This document shows, one piece after another, positions 13,671-25,115 of a DNA stretch of 64,000 bases. Made by a program: the position numbers and the translations under genes. Below the pieces are notes generated by a model. The model ran no database searches. It saw nothing but the letters and a program-made list of their open reading frames with translations, and was not told where the DNA came from. Each line of letters begins with the position of its first letter. Within the stretch, counting starts at the first letter, position 1. Source of the DNA: Hemiscyllium ocellatum (lineage: Eukaryota); the NCBI RefSeq assembly GCF_020745735.1, contig NC_083448.1, positions 8,864,006-8,928,005 of the forward strand, read 5' to 3'.

Positions 13671-14950
13671 CTGAAAATAAAAGAACCAGAAACAATTAAA
13701 TATTCATTTCTACTTTAGTTTGGAGGCCATGCTGATGTTATCAAACTTTGATTACATTTCAGGCCCTGGTCCATTTTAGCACCTCTTGACATAAAAACTA
13801 ACATTTAAAATAAGGTGGTCATGTTATCAATACTAACAATAAGTGCTCATTGGTCAGACTGCTGCTGGTGATGATTGGGGAATATGGGGTGGTCTGTTGG
13901 AAAGGAGGAGAAGGGGAAGAAGAAAGAGTGTGAGAGTCAAGCTGGGTCACTTCTGATATTGTTGTCTAGTTCCTGAAGTGGCCAATCAAAACTTCCTGAG
14001 TCACTACAAAGTGTCTGTAGTCTCACACTTCAGCTTCGACTTACAGGCTTTCACAGAGGGACCCAGGAAACATTAGAATGTATCATCACAAGATAAAACT
14101 TGCCATGAAATTCCCATGTGGATCCACACAAGTACTTCTGCAGGGACCTGACAGCCATATGTCTGGTCTCCAACAATCTGAGGATAGGAAAATTTTGACC
14201 CTTAATTCAAGGAAACAGATTTACTCTTTCAGAACAATTAAACAAATACTCCTTTTAAAAATGGAAACTAGGGGATGGAAAATAAATACAGAATATGGAA
14301 AAAGAATCTGATAAAGATTGCTCAGGTACTGTTTTATAACAGGAAAAAAGGGTGACCAGCATTAAAAAAAAGTTGAAGCATTGTTTGAATTCTACAGAAG
14401 TTTATAAAGGAAATAACAAACATGGGTTTTTGGAAGTCTCAGTTTCGTAACTGTTAAACTTCATCTTCACCACGTTTTTCTTACAGCCTTTGCAAGAAAA
14501 AGTCACGTCCTTGCACAATATACATCTTGAGTGCCAAATTTGAGCCATATGTGGGAAACAGTAAGATAGAAAACAAAGATGCTTTCTGTTTACAAGTAGT
14601 TAATCTCATCCAATGTCCCAAGAACACTGCACAAGAGAGGTTGACATCCAAATGCTTAATTAAGAAGGTAAGAAGATTGTTCAAAGTGATAGGTGTTAAT
14701 GAAAGCCTTAAAAAAGTGCTTTGTCAAGAGCATTCCAGAGGTGATGACTCAGGCAGGTGATATGGGGCAATGACAGTGATGAAAAAGTAGGGCAGGGAAT
14801 GTCAGAGTGCAATTATAGTGACCCTACCTCTCCATCAGGAGAGCAGGGTTCAAGTCCCACTGGGTCCACAGGTGTGCAATATGATCTCTGGACTCAATAT
14901 TTCAGAAAAGGGCAGACAGACAGGTAAAATTCAAAGTTTCAGACACTTAC

Positions 14951-15117
14951 TATTGACGGCAATCCATTCATTTAGATCCTCGCCTTCTGGTAATATGACA
15001 GCTTGACGAAGGTTACCGCTTCCCAAGGTTGCTTCAGCATGCTTCAGCAGCTCATATTGATGGGAACCTTCCGGAATGTTCTTCTTTGGTTTGAAAGTTC
15101 TGTTACTTCGATTCCCA
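14951..15117 (-). CDS. MOB1A: MOB1A exon 2
   Basis: tttcag| GNRSNRTFKPKKNIPEGSHQYELLKHAEATLGSGNLRQAVILPEGEDLNEWIAVN |gtaagt; 167 nt. Confidence 0.96.
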
Positions 15118-15519
15118 CTGAAATGCAAGGAAATCATTCATCACCAGCGATTCTTCACACAAAATACTTTTTTTTGGCGTGGAAGAGTGGTTGTCAGTGA
15201 GAAAATGAAATTTTCACTTTTTCAAACAGATCTGTTAACTGCAGACAAGCTTTTAAGGTCTTTTTGAAGTCTCCTGTAATTTTATCTGTTGTGTATGCAA
15301 GTTCTCAAACCTGATGACTGAAGAAAATACACTTATCTATAAAGGCGCATGTCAGACGTACGACGGATGAGTGCAATTCCAACAACACTCAAGATGCTCG
15401 ACACCATTCAGGACAAAGTAGCTTGACGGTCCTTCATTTTCTCCACCATCAACACTCAGCAGTAGGATGTACACTGCAGAAAATCAGAGGTCCTTGGACA
15501 GCACATTCCAAACCCACTA

Positions 15520-15728
15520 CAGGGGAACCTCTATTGTCTGAATTATCCAATTATCCGAAATTCGATTACTCGAAGACGTGTTTCCAACAGTGATCACGTC
15601 TTTTGTTCACAGTGATTAAACAGGCACAATGTCCAAATGACTGACCTCTCACCCTTTCTCTGGAGTTCTACAGAGGGGTGTACCCCAAACACCCCCCCCA
15701 TCTGATTCGGATAATCAAGTTTCCACCA
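15520..15728. mobile_element. Old pogo/Tigger-type MITE
   Basis: TA-flanked degenerate TIRs: caggggaacctctattgtctgaa and ttcggataatcaagtttccacca. Confidence 0.45.
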
Positions 15729-18128
15729 TACTGAGAATGGCTGTTCTAGATGATGGCAAAGGGGGCCATATGGGGCTCTGGCACATTTGAAGAGGGCCAC
15801 AGACTGAAAACTGTGAGGAGGGAAACTCAATGGTTTTTGTGGGGCCAGCGTAACCGAACAGATGAAATACCCAAGCAACCACTTTCATTGAAGTCAATAG
15901 TTTCCCTCCTCTTGATAATATCTTTCCAACAAACCTTTTGAATTTGGGACACCTAGTAAATTAATTGCTTAAGCTCCTGCCACACAGCATGACTGCAGAG
16001 TTAGTCACGAATCAGACTGCACTGGGTCAACGTATTCAATCAAGGTTTCGCTCATTCATTATCACCATACTTCATTATCCAAAGATCAGCATGGCTTGCT
16101 CGGTCTTTTTTATCCTTTCCTTCAATATCTCTCGTTGAAAGTGGAATCTGCAAGGTAGTTTCCTTGACAAAATCCGGGAACAGAATTGACATTGCAACAA
16201 GTGAAATCTGACTGTCACTATCTAATTTGGAGCCCAATATCATGAAACTTGCAGAAACGCACCAAGCTCAAGGATCTCATTGCCTGAAATTAAACATCAG
16301 GCCTAGTCTTTTTTAACTTTTGTCCAGTACGTCCGAACATTCAAGTTTTCTTGGTGTTCAATAAGAAATGATTTTCTGTTTGTGTCTGTTAGTATTGTAT
16401 CCGTTTGAATGGGGGCCCTGGAACCTGAAAAGAGCTGCTGGGGTTCATGGCCAAAAAAACAGTTGAGAATCACTGATCTAGAAGGACAAGGGCAGTAGAT
16501 GTATGGGAACACCATCTCCAAATTCACCTCCCACTACTCACAATCCTGTCTTGGAAATGTGCGGCTGCTCCTTCAGGGTCATCGGATCGAAATCCTGGAA
16601 ATTCCCTCCCTACAGGCATTGCGGGCCAACCTACAGCACATGGACTGCAGCAGTTCACTGTCACCTTAACAACACCAAGGGACAGGGAATAAATTTCCCA
16701 CAAACACCTGGAAAACATTGTTTCAATTCCTGAAATTCATTTCTGAAATGCGATTGGTACTTAATCATTTGATCAACATACTCTGTCATTTCATTCAAGT
16801 GTCACAAACTGAGCCAAATGTACAGCTGTCAACTAACATTAAGTGTTACAAAAGAGACAGGCAATATCACGGGACAAATGTGAACCTGGAGGGTCACAAT
16901 TAGTGCCTTTCAAACCTAAGCACAACAGATCAATGTTTTCTTCAATGGTTCATTGTGACCATCCCATTGTTGCATGTTGCAAGATAAACTTTGAAAAAAA
17001 AATGTAAACAGGAACTTATTACAATAGATTCTCAAGGTTTCTAATTATATTTGAGACTCTTACTCAAGTTGGTGCATTCAAAAAATGGTTGCAATACACC
17101 AGGAAAAAAGTTTGACTCACTTCCAAAGGAACAAAACATCCCACTGAATCAGTGAAATGACCATGTCTGCAAGTACATATCTCATGTCCATGTGTTTTTC
17201 CGTTAACTATAGTATATCAAAAATGTCAACAAACATTCAATGCAAAGAGTCCAAGGTACTTAGGTTTTACTGTCGCCACACCATCTTTCCTCATCCAAAT
17301 TGACCTCTTTAAACCTTTTATTCCATTTGCCCTCAAAGTGCTTGTCCTTCAACCAAATGGTTTGGTTCAAACAATCCTTGTGATATTTTGTTTCATAATC
17401 TTCACCAAGAGTGGCAAGAGGCTCCTTCCAAAATAGCTGTATCCTGGGAGTGAAGCAGCATCACCACTGGTCTCCTCAACTGATTCCCGTCAAAAGATGG
17501 CATTTTCAAAAAGCTAAGAGACTGTGCAGATATAAAGCAAATAATCATAAATACATTAGCTAAAATAGGCAGTGATGTTCTAATAACTGGATGATTCATA
17601 CCCCAAATAGTACAACAGCTACTACCTTCAAATTATGTCAAAGCCACATATTTCAGTGGTCCGATAAGGTTTGTAGCTGCAAAAAAAAAAGCCTGAAAAA
17701 AAATCGCAGAAGAGATTTCATAATTTATTGGAACCCCACAAAGAGGAGCAACACAAACTTAAATACAGTATTCAGTAGTTGTCCGCCAGGAGATAGTTCA
17801 CCAATGAAAAGGTAACAAAACCCTTGTTTAGCTAATCAATGATTAATGCCCTTCATTAGTTGTTAGGAAATGAAATTCAGCCTGGTCATTTCTGGGGTTA
17901 TAGGAATCAGAGGTTCTTGCTTCTCAACATGAATTGATTTTAATATTCTGTACTTGGATAGATAGAGAAGTCAAAATTCCTTGTTTGTTCTCATTGCTTT
18001 AATTCCCTCAGCAGGTGAGGTTAACATGAAAGCCTCTGCTTCTCAACCTCTCCCTTCATCTAAGCTGTGGTGACACTTGGATTAAATCATCAGTCATCTC
18101 TCTAACAAGAGTAGCAGCCCTATGATTT

Positions 18129-18253
18129 ATTCCTGATGAAGGGCTTTTGCCCAAAAGGTCAATTTCGCTTCTCTTTGGATGTTGCCTGAACTGCTGTGCT
18201 CTTCCAGCACCACTAATCCAGAATCTGGTTTCCAGCATCTGCAGTCGTTGTTT
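18129..18253 (+). mobile_element. Penelope-like pLTR fragment with decayed hammerhead motif
   Basis: attc-CTGATGA-agggcttttgccc-AAAA (GAAA lost by CpG decay); same family as the 44435 element. Confidence 0.7.
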
Positions 18254-19028
18254 GTATATCATGGTCTAGTAGGCCAATGACAACAGGATTTATCAGAATA
18301 CTGGTCATCTGAGAAGGATGAAGCCACACAAAATTGGTTCAAATGAAAACAGAATCACTGAAGATGGAAATCAAAAGACGTAATGATAACAAGAACGCCA
18401 CAGCTGCCCCAATATATGATAACGTCCGAAGAATTATTTGTCCTGGTGATGGCAAGCCAAAATGGTCAAGATGCTCACAGTTCGCAGCTAATGTCCATCA
18501 GAAAATAGAAGTGAAGTATTCGCAGTTGAGGCAATTAGTTGAAGTGACTTGACTAAGTTACACCATTACGAAATACAGCAAAAATCTTAGCCTTCAGAGG
18601 CTCCACATCTTCAAAATCAGGGTAAAAAAAATGAGTCTTATTAAGTTGTTTCCGCAATCCATGTTCACATGCACCACTTCCGATTGCAGACAACAAGATG
18701 TACCAAGTACATCAGAGGCTCCCTTTGTTGGATAGACCGCTCAAATAATAATATCCTCACCATTTATTGTGAAAGACAACATTTCAACAGGAAAATCTTC
18801 AACCTAACATCAAATGTTACATGAGGGGAAAGCGGCGAGAGATGGAAAAGAACGGCAATAGGGTTAAGGACGATAGCGATGAAAATTGACATGGGGGTGG
18901 GGGATGAAGAAAGAGGAGAAAGGAAACCGAGGCCTACAAGGCCCAAAGTTTCCAGAAAGGTAGAACCGAAAACAGGAAGAATGGACGAACTGGGCCAGAG
19001 TCAGGCACATCACCCGACCAATACTTAC

Positions 19029-19042
19029 AATAGGAAGCTCAT
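19029..19042 (-). CDS. MOB1A: MOB kinase activator 1A, coding exon 1 (MSFL-F)
   Basis: Minus strand reads ATGAGCTTCCTATT|gtaagt; the 14-nt exon is phase-compatible with exon 2 and lies in the CpG island. Confidence 0.9.
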
Positions 19043-20560
19043 TTTCTTCTAATCTGCTACACTCGGAAAAAGAAGCGGCGGGGGTTAAAGAGTAATCCGG
19101 AAAGACATCACAGTCCGGGCCAGTTTTAGGAGAAAAATTGTCGGAACCAACAACTACCAAGCTGTGAAAAAAAACTTAAACTCTCCTTCCCTAGACAGCC
19201 AAGTGTCGCGAGAACGACCTGACCGCGACACCATGCAAATCAGACCGAATGATTGACAGCGCTACAGACCAATCGACGGCTCAGCCACCGCCCAATAACG
19301 GCCCGTACGTCCTACAAACCAATGACCGGCGGTAAAGAGCGGGATAATCTGTAGACAAGCCCGCCCCTCCCCCATCCGCCGTTAACGGAAAAAACTCAGT
19401 TGTGGTCATTTTACACGATCGTCCTTTTGAATTCGGTAAGGCAAGGAATGTATTTCCCCTCTTAAAATCAAAGCCCGTGAAACATCACTGACGTATGCTT
19501 TCGTCGCTGTAGCCAATCAGAGTGGGCTGGTGCAGTTTTTTGAACGTAAATAGTTGAGCGCAAATGATTTAAAAAAATCAGAGGAGTAGCATCTTTGTTG
19601 TTTGCTTTCTGCCTGTCGTTTACTCGGTGCGTATGATTGATTTCGGACGAAGATTTTTAAAAGATGATGAGAGACGGGGTTGGGGGAGGGGAGGTCTGAC
19701 GGCACAATCCCGTTTATTTCCGGCGGATGACGTTAGTAGGCGCTGTCGTGCTGCTGAGGCGAGGAGGAGAGTCGCAGGTAAAGAGAGGGAGCGAAGAAAG
19801 CATCGCTTGTGAACGTTATCTTACCGCCGGTCCACCGTCAACTATCTGGCCCCTCTACAGGCGTTTCGATCCTGAAGCTATTCCGTACGCGTCTTCCTGT
19901 TTTATGATGGGAGTTGATATTTTAAGGCAGTTTTGGGGAGGGTGGTGGTGATGATATTGGAACACGAGGCCGTTGTGAAGCGCGGCCGCCATTTTACCCG
20001 CGTTCGTTGAGGGGGTGCGTTTGTTTTGTAATGGACGCTGCTGCCGGTTCCTTGGCGCCGTTGGGCTTCCCAGTTACTTCCGATCGACTTTCTTTATTTA
20101 TTTTCGAAGCCTGGCCTCTCATCTCGATCTATCTACGTCCCTCTTTCAGAAGAGAGAATAGCTGCGCGTCCGTAATCGGGCTCGAGGTTTGCTGGCACCC
20201 GGCGGAGTGAATCCGGGGAGTTTTAGTTGGTCCCCTTTGTCTCCGCCGTGGTCTTTAGTTGGTGTCTGCCCATCCTCTTCGTCCCGGGCTTGCCGCCACT
20301 TCGTTCTCGGAGGCCACGTTCCTCCATTCGGGGTCTTTGGCAGTGTTTCTTCACGTTTTCTTTTTTTTCCTCTCGTGCTACCCTGGCGTGGTCGAAATGC
20401 CATCTTCCCTTGTTTCTCGCGGTGTGTTAGCGCCCTGCGTTGGCAAGATCAGTGAAATCAATGACTTGAGGCAAGCCAAATGATTTGAGGACCCCCCCCC
20501 CCCCCACAAAAAAAACAAACCGCACGCCAGGGGGTGCGAGAAGATCACGCAGAACAAGCA
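19043..20560. promoter_or_regulatory. CpG island and bidirectional promoter for MOB1A (-) and the hnRNP H-like gene (+)
   Basis: High CpG density; CCAAT boxes at ~19269, 19292, 19319 and 19513; GC box ~19360; CRE half-sites; YY1 site CCGCCATTTT at 19986-19995; probable non-coding exon 1 of the hnRNP gene ending CAG|gtaaag at 19777. Confidence 0.85.
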
Positions 20561-21801
20561 ACTTGACGTTCTCACTCTACCTGGAATTGCAGTTCGTTGT
20601 TGCTTTGGATCATGTCACTTCTTTGCACGACCAAAATGTTTTTCTCGCCACTGATTTTGTTTTATTTATTGAATTAATGTGGCTGCAGACATTAAGGTTT
20701 TTTTTGTTCATTTTATTTATGCTTTATCTGCTTCTCTGACTCTGTCAGAGACAGAAACGACAGATGTAGGAATGCAGGGTAATCTAGCACGAGGCTAGAA
20801 GAACACAGCAAACTAGGAAGGATTGGGAGGTGAAGTCAATATTTTGGGTGTAACTGTTCTTCAGTGTTGACTTCTCCCCGTTATACGACCTGACTTGCTG
20901 TGTTCTTCCTTCTTGTGTATTTATCATTGTCTCAGTTGTCATTTACTACACATTCCCAGCTACTAGTGGACTACGGGCAATTGCTGTGGGTCTGGATGAA
21001 CATGTAGCCCAGACCAGTACGAATGGTAGATTTCTTTGCTGGAAAAATGATTGTGGTAGACCAGATGGTTTTATCTGATTGTCATACTGCATGAAAACAG
21101 ACCATTTATTCCAAGCAGTCCATTTGGAATATAATGCCAAATTAAATTACTGTCACCTGACCTATATCCCTCCAAACATTTCTTATTCATGTATTTATTT
21201 AAATGTCTGCATCCACCACTTCCTCTGGCAATATGTTCCCATGTCTTGAAATCCCACACGAGGGAAAAGCTGTTTACCTCATCTGTACCTAAGATTTTAT
21301 ACATTTCTAAAAGGTTACCAGTCAAGTTCCTACACTCCAGCAAAAAAATGCCCTCAATCCCTGATTCTTCTATTAATTCATCTTCCACCATCTGCCTTGG
21401 TGGGACTTAAATCGAGGTCCCCAAACATTAGCTGAATTTCTGGATTAATCATCTAGCAATAGTACCATGAGGCTATTGTGTTAAGATTGTGGTTTTCTAT
21501 GTTTGCAAAATAAATTCGTGTATGTGTTTGTGTATGCTAGAAAGTATTCCTTGGATTGCCATGGTGTTAGGATGGTAGTTTTGTAGTCATGGTAGTTTTT
21601 TTCCATGTGTTGTGATGCTTTTGAATTTTTAAGTATACCCATCTGAACACCCAACAAATCTAACTGTAAAATATTACAGTTAAGTATCCTTGCATTGAAA
21701 AGATAAAACCACCTTGCATTGTGTGCAAATATTTATAATTAATCTATTTTTGTATTGCTTTCAGGCTTTGTGAAGAGATCTGTGTGTTACAGGCAATTAC
21801 A

Positions 21802-21880
21802 ATGGATGAAGATTTTGTTGTCCGTGTCCGTGGACTTCCATGGTCTTGCACTGCTGATGAAGTGTTACGCTTCTTCTCAG
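21802..21880 (+). CDS. hnRNP H-family (HNRNPH3-like, three qRRMs) coding exon 1
   Basis: [26 protein letters not shown] |gttttg; start of qRRM1; acceptors at 21764 and 21792. Confidence 0.9.
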
Positions 21881-22209
21881 GTTTTGTGAATTCATCTCGA
21901 TGATAAAGCTTTACGGAAAAATAGAATTTTTAACTTGTGACTTTAAAGTTTGGATTTGATGTTTAGGGAATCACTTTCACAGTAACTCCATATAGTAATA
22001 GGTAAACTTGGGGTTTCTTGCATGAACTTGGGGTTCCTGAATCTTACTGCAGTGTGTTAAAACAGTTTTTGTCTCTGGGCACCATTTTAAGTACCTGAGA
22101 AGAACTGACTTGACACTATTCATACTTGAATTGCTGAATTTTTTTTATGTTTCTGTGCTATACATCTGACTCTTTCTTATTTGTTGGAGCATCATGTGAA
22201 CCAAGGCTC

Positions 22210-22503
22210 GGCGGCATGATGGCTAAGTGGTTAGCACTGCTGCCTCATAGCATCAGGGAACCAGGTTCAATTCCAGCCTCCAGTGACTGTCAGTTTCCTC
22301 TGGGTGCTCAGGTTTCCTTCCACAGTACAAAGATGTGCAGGTCAGGTGAATTGGCTGTACCAAATTGTCTATCATGGTGGTTAGATGCATTCGGCATGGG
22401 ACGTACAGAGTAATAGGGTAAGGGAATGGGTCTGGGTGGATTACTGTTCAGAGGGTCATTGTGGACTTGGGCCAAAATCCTGTTTCCACACTAGGGATTC
22501 TAT
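22210..22503 (+). mobile_element. HE1-like tRNA SINE
   Basis: tggctaagtggttagcactgctgcctca, B box ggttcaattcc, tail tgtttccacactagggattctat. Confidence 0.82.
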
Positions 22504-23388
22504 AGTGTTAAAATGAATTCGCCTGAAGTTGCAGTCTTGCCTATGGAAATCTGTTGTGGTGAGGAGCACCATAGAAGCTGCTGTTTTTCTGATTTTTTTA
22601 TATCATGGTCAAAGTTGTTTTTCCTTACTTCCTTATTGACATTGTCAGTGTCTTATATATTGTTTCCTTAAGCAAATGAGCCCTGGCTTATTTTGAGGAT
22701 CTGAACCTTCTATTGTTTTTTACTCCCTTTTTTTATTTTAAGAGACTTATCGTTTTCTTAGATTTGAATGATCAGCCCCAGTGACTGCATTCCAATTTAA
22801 GTCTATAATGGTGTCATATAGTACTTTTTTTTAGCAGTTTTGAGGACAAGGAATTTTACTTTTCCACTCATTTCAATTTGGTTAATCTCACCAGATTGTA
22901 ATCAAGTCTTTGAACTATCAGTTGACAATTTTTAGAAGTTAAGTATTGTTGGGTTTGCATGCTGAACTGAAATTGAACTAGTTCTGAAGTCTTGCTGTGT
23001 CACTGAATTACAAATAGCCAACATCAGAATGCAGCTGGATTCTGCCCAGCTGCTCGTCAGAAATCCTGTTGGCAAAGTTAAAAATTGAAATGATTTTGGA
23101 CTCTTGAGCTAATTGAAGACTATGAATGTGTGCCCTAATTCTCTAGGAAGATTTTGCTGTGTTTTGTCACATTAAGTAATCAATTGGAGATGCTGAAGGT
23201 AGTGATTGGTTTGCTGGAAGCTGACGTGTTAAGTGTCTCAAATGCAAGTGAAAAATGTGTTGTGCCATTAATTTTTTTTTGATCACCAATGCCTTTGCTG
23301 TTTTTGCATGTCCTGCTTCATATGCCATCACCCCACACCAATTGGGACAAGAGAAAAAATATCAGTTAATCATATGTGCTGCTTTTAG

Positions 23389-23544
23389 ATTGCAAGATAT
23401 TAAATGGAACTGCTGGAATACACTTCACCTATTTAAGAGAAGGCCGCCCAAGTGGTGAAGCCTTTGTTCAGCTGGAAAGTGCGGACGATGTAAAGCGTGC
23501 CCTTGCAAAAGACCGGGAAAGTATGGGCCATCGATACATTGAAG
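23389..23544 (+). CDS. hnRNP H3-like coding exon 2 (qRRM1)
   Basis: ttttag| [52 protein letters not shown] |gtgcgt; 156 nt. Confidence 0.95.
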
Positions 23545-24154
23545 GTGCGTGACATTTTAAACCATCGCTCAACGTTTGTTTATGTCGCAGGTTCTTGTAC
23601 CTTGTAGTAGTTGTAGGGGGAGTGTGCAGGCAGAAGAGGGAGAACTGAAATCAACAGCTTTTTATAGAAGAAACATTGAATACTGAAGTTCTGTGGCAAT
23701 AATCAACTTTTCCAGGATGTTCGTTTGTGCATTACTGTCTTCCACCCTGCTGATTCACATCAGTTCTCGGTTTACACTTCAAACAGACATGTTTCTACTG
23801 ACTCCTCCCAACCTTCCAATTCTAAACTCCTCAGCCCGATAAACCTCTATTCGTGTATCCCAAATTGGTAGCAAGCCTTTAGCTGCTGAGACTCTCGTCA
23901 TATTCTGGTCCAAAATACATAGAATGGTGAGAGCTGAAATTTTGAGATTGCTCCTGCTTAATAATGTTACTTTTGCTTCTCCTTTGTAGGAAGTTTAGTT
24001 GAATACACAATGACTGAACTGGCAATCGACAACTTCTGACACTTAATAATAGAATTAGCTGATGTTTGTAGTGGAGTATGGTTTTCAGTCCTCGTGACCA
24101 TGTTCTAATAGAGAGCGTTGCAGAATATATCAATAAGCAAGAGACTATTAAGGT

Positions 24155-24470
24155 TCAAGGTTTGTGCGAAGATTTGTAGCTCGGGTGCTCGTTGTTGTGG
24201 TTCTGTTCGCCGAGCTGGAAGTTTTTGTTGCAAACGTTTCGTCCCCTGGCTAGGAGACATCATCAGTGCTCTGGAGCCTCCTGCGAAGCGCTTCTTTGAT
24301 GTTTCTTCCGGTATTTATAGTGGTCTGTCCTTGCCGCTTCCACTATAAATACCGGAAGAAACATCAAAGAAGCGCTTCGCAGGAGGCTCCAGAGCACTGA
24401 TGATGTCTCCTAGCCAGGGGACGAAACGTTTGCAACAAAAACTTCCAGCTCGGCGAACAGAACCACAACA
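24155..24470. mobile_element. Young Penelope-derived insertion: perfect 131-bp inverted repeat carrying hammerhead motifs
   Basis: Arms 24193-24323 and 24340-24470 are exact reverse complements; TSD gactattaaggt at 24143-24154 and 24471-24482. Confidence 0.9.
24394..24433 (+). ncRNA. Minimal type I hammerhead ribozyme motif (mirror copy on the minus strand in the left arm)
   Basis: GCA-CUGAUGA-U-GUCUCCU(AGCC)AGGGGAC-GAA-ACGU-U-UGC: helix I GCA/UGC, 7-bp helix II, palindromic ACGU helix III. Confidence 0.7.
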
Positions 24471-24971
24471 GACTATTAAGGTGACACAAACACACAATGT
24501 GCTGGAGGAACCCAGTTTTGACTGCATCTCAGGAGATTGAGATGCATCATGTTTTCAGTTTAATTTCAAGAACCAGCTCTGTCAACTGTTTAGTTCTCTC
24601 CAGATGCTGCCTGACTTCAAATTTATCCAGCCCGTTCTGTTTATTTCAGATTTCCAATATTTTGCTCTTAGACTTTTAAGGGTGAATGGGAAAATTTCAA
24701 TAAATAAATATCTGCTAAAATATTACCAGATAAGATGTTGATATTAATGTCAAACACTTCAGTAGTCTGGACAGTATTGAAAAATGCAGACAGGTGCAAT
24801 TTATGGGTTTTTTTTGTGAGGTAATCTGCTAGACGTGTACTCAAGTATTATTATTGCAATGCAGTGCATGGCATGAGAAATGACTTTGTCCATGTTGTCT
24901 TCTATTGGTATTTGGCAAATAATTGTACAGCATGTTCGTTTTTGTTAGTATTTGCAAACTTGTGTTCACAG

Positions 24972-25115
24972 TGTTTGAGACTAAAGCCACTGAAATGGAC
25001 TGGGCACTAAAACATGCTAACCCTAACCAAACTGAGTCCACGAGCGATGGAACAGTGCGCCTCAGGGGTTTACCCTTTGGCTGCAGTAAAGAGGAAATTT
25101 TGCAGTTTTTCACAG
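24972..25115 (+). CDS. hnRNP H3-like coding exon 3
   Basis: cacag| [48 protein letters not shown] |gtacat; 144 nt. Confidence 0.95.

Noticed and set aside
24118-24527. Two opposite-strand ORFs sharing an identical peptide
   Set aside because: A consequence of the perfect inverted repeat, not genes
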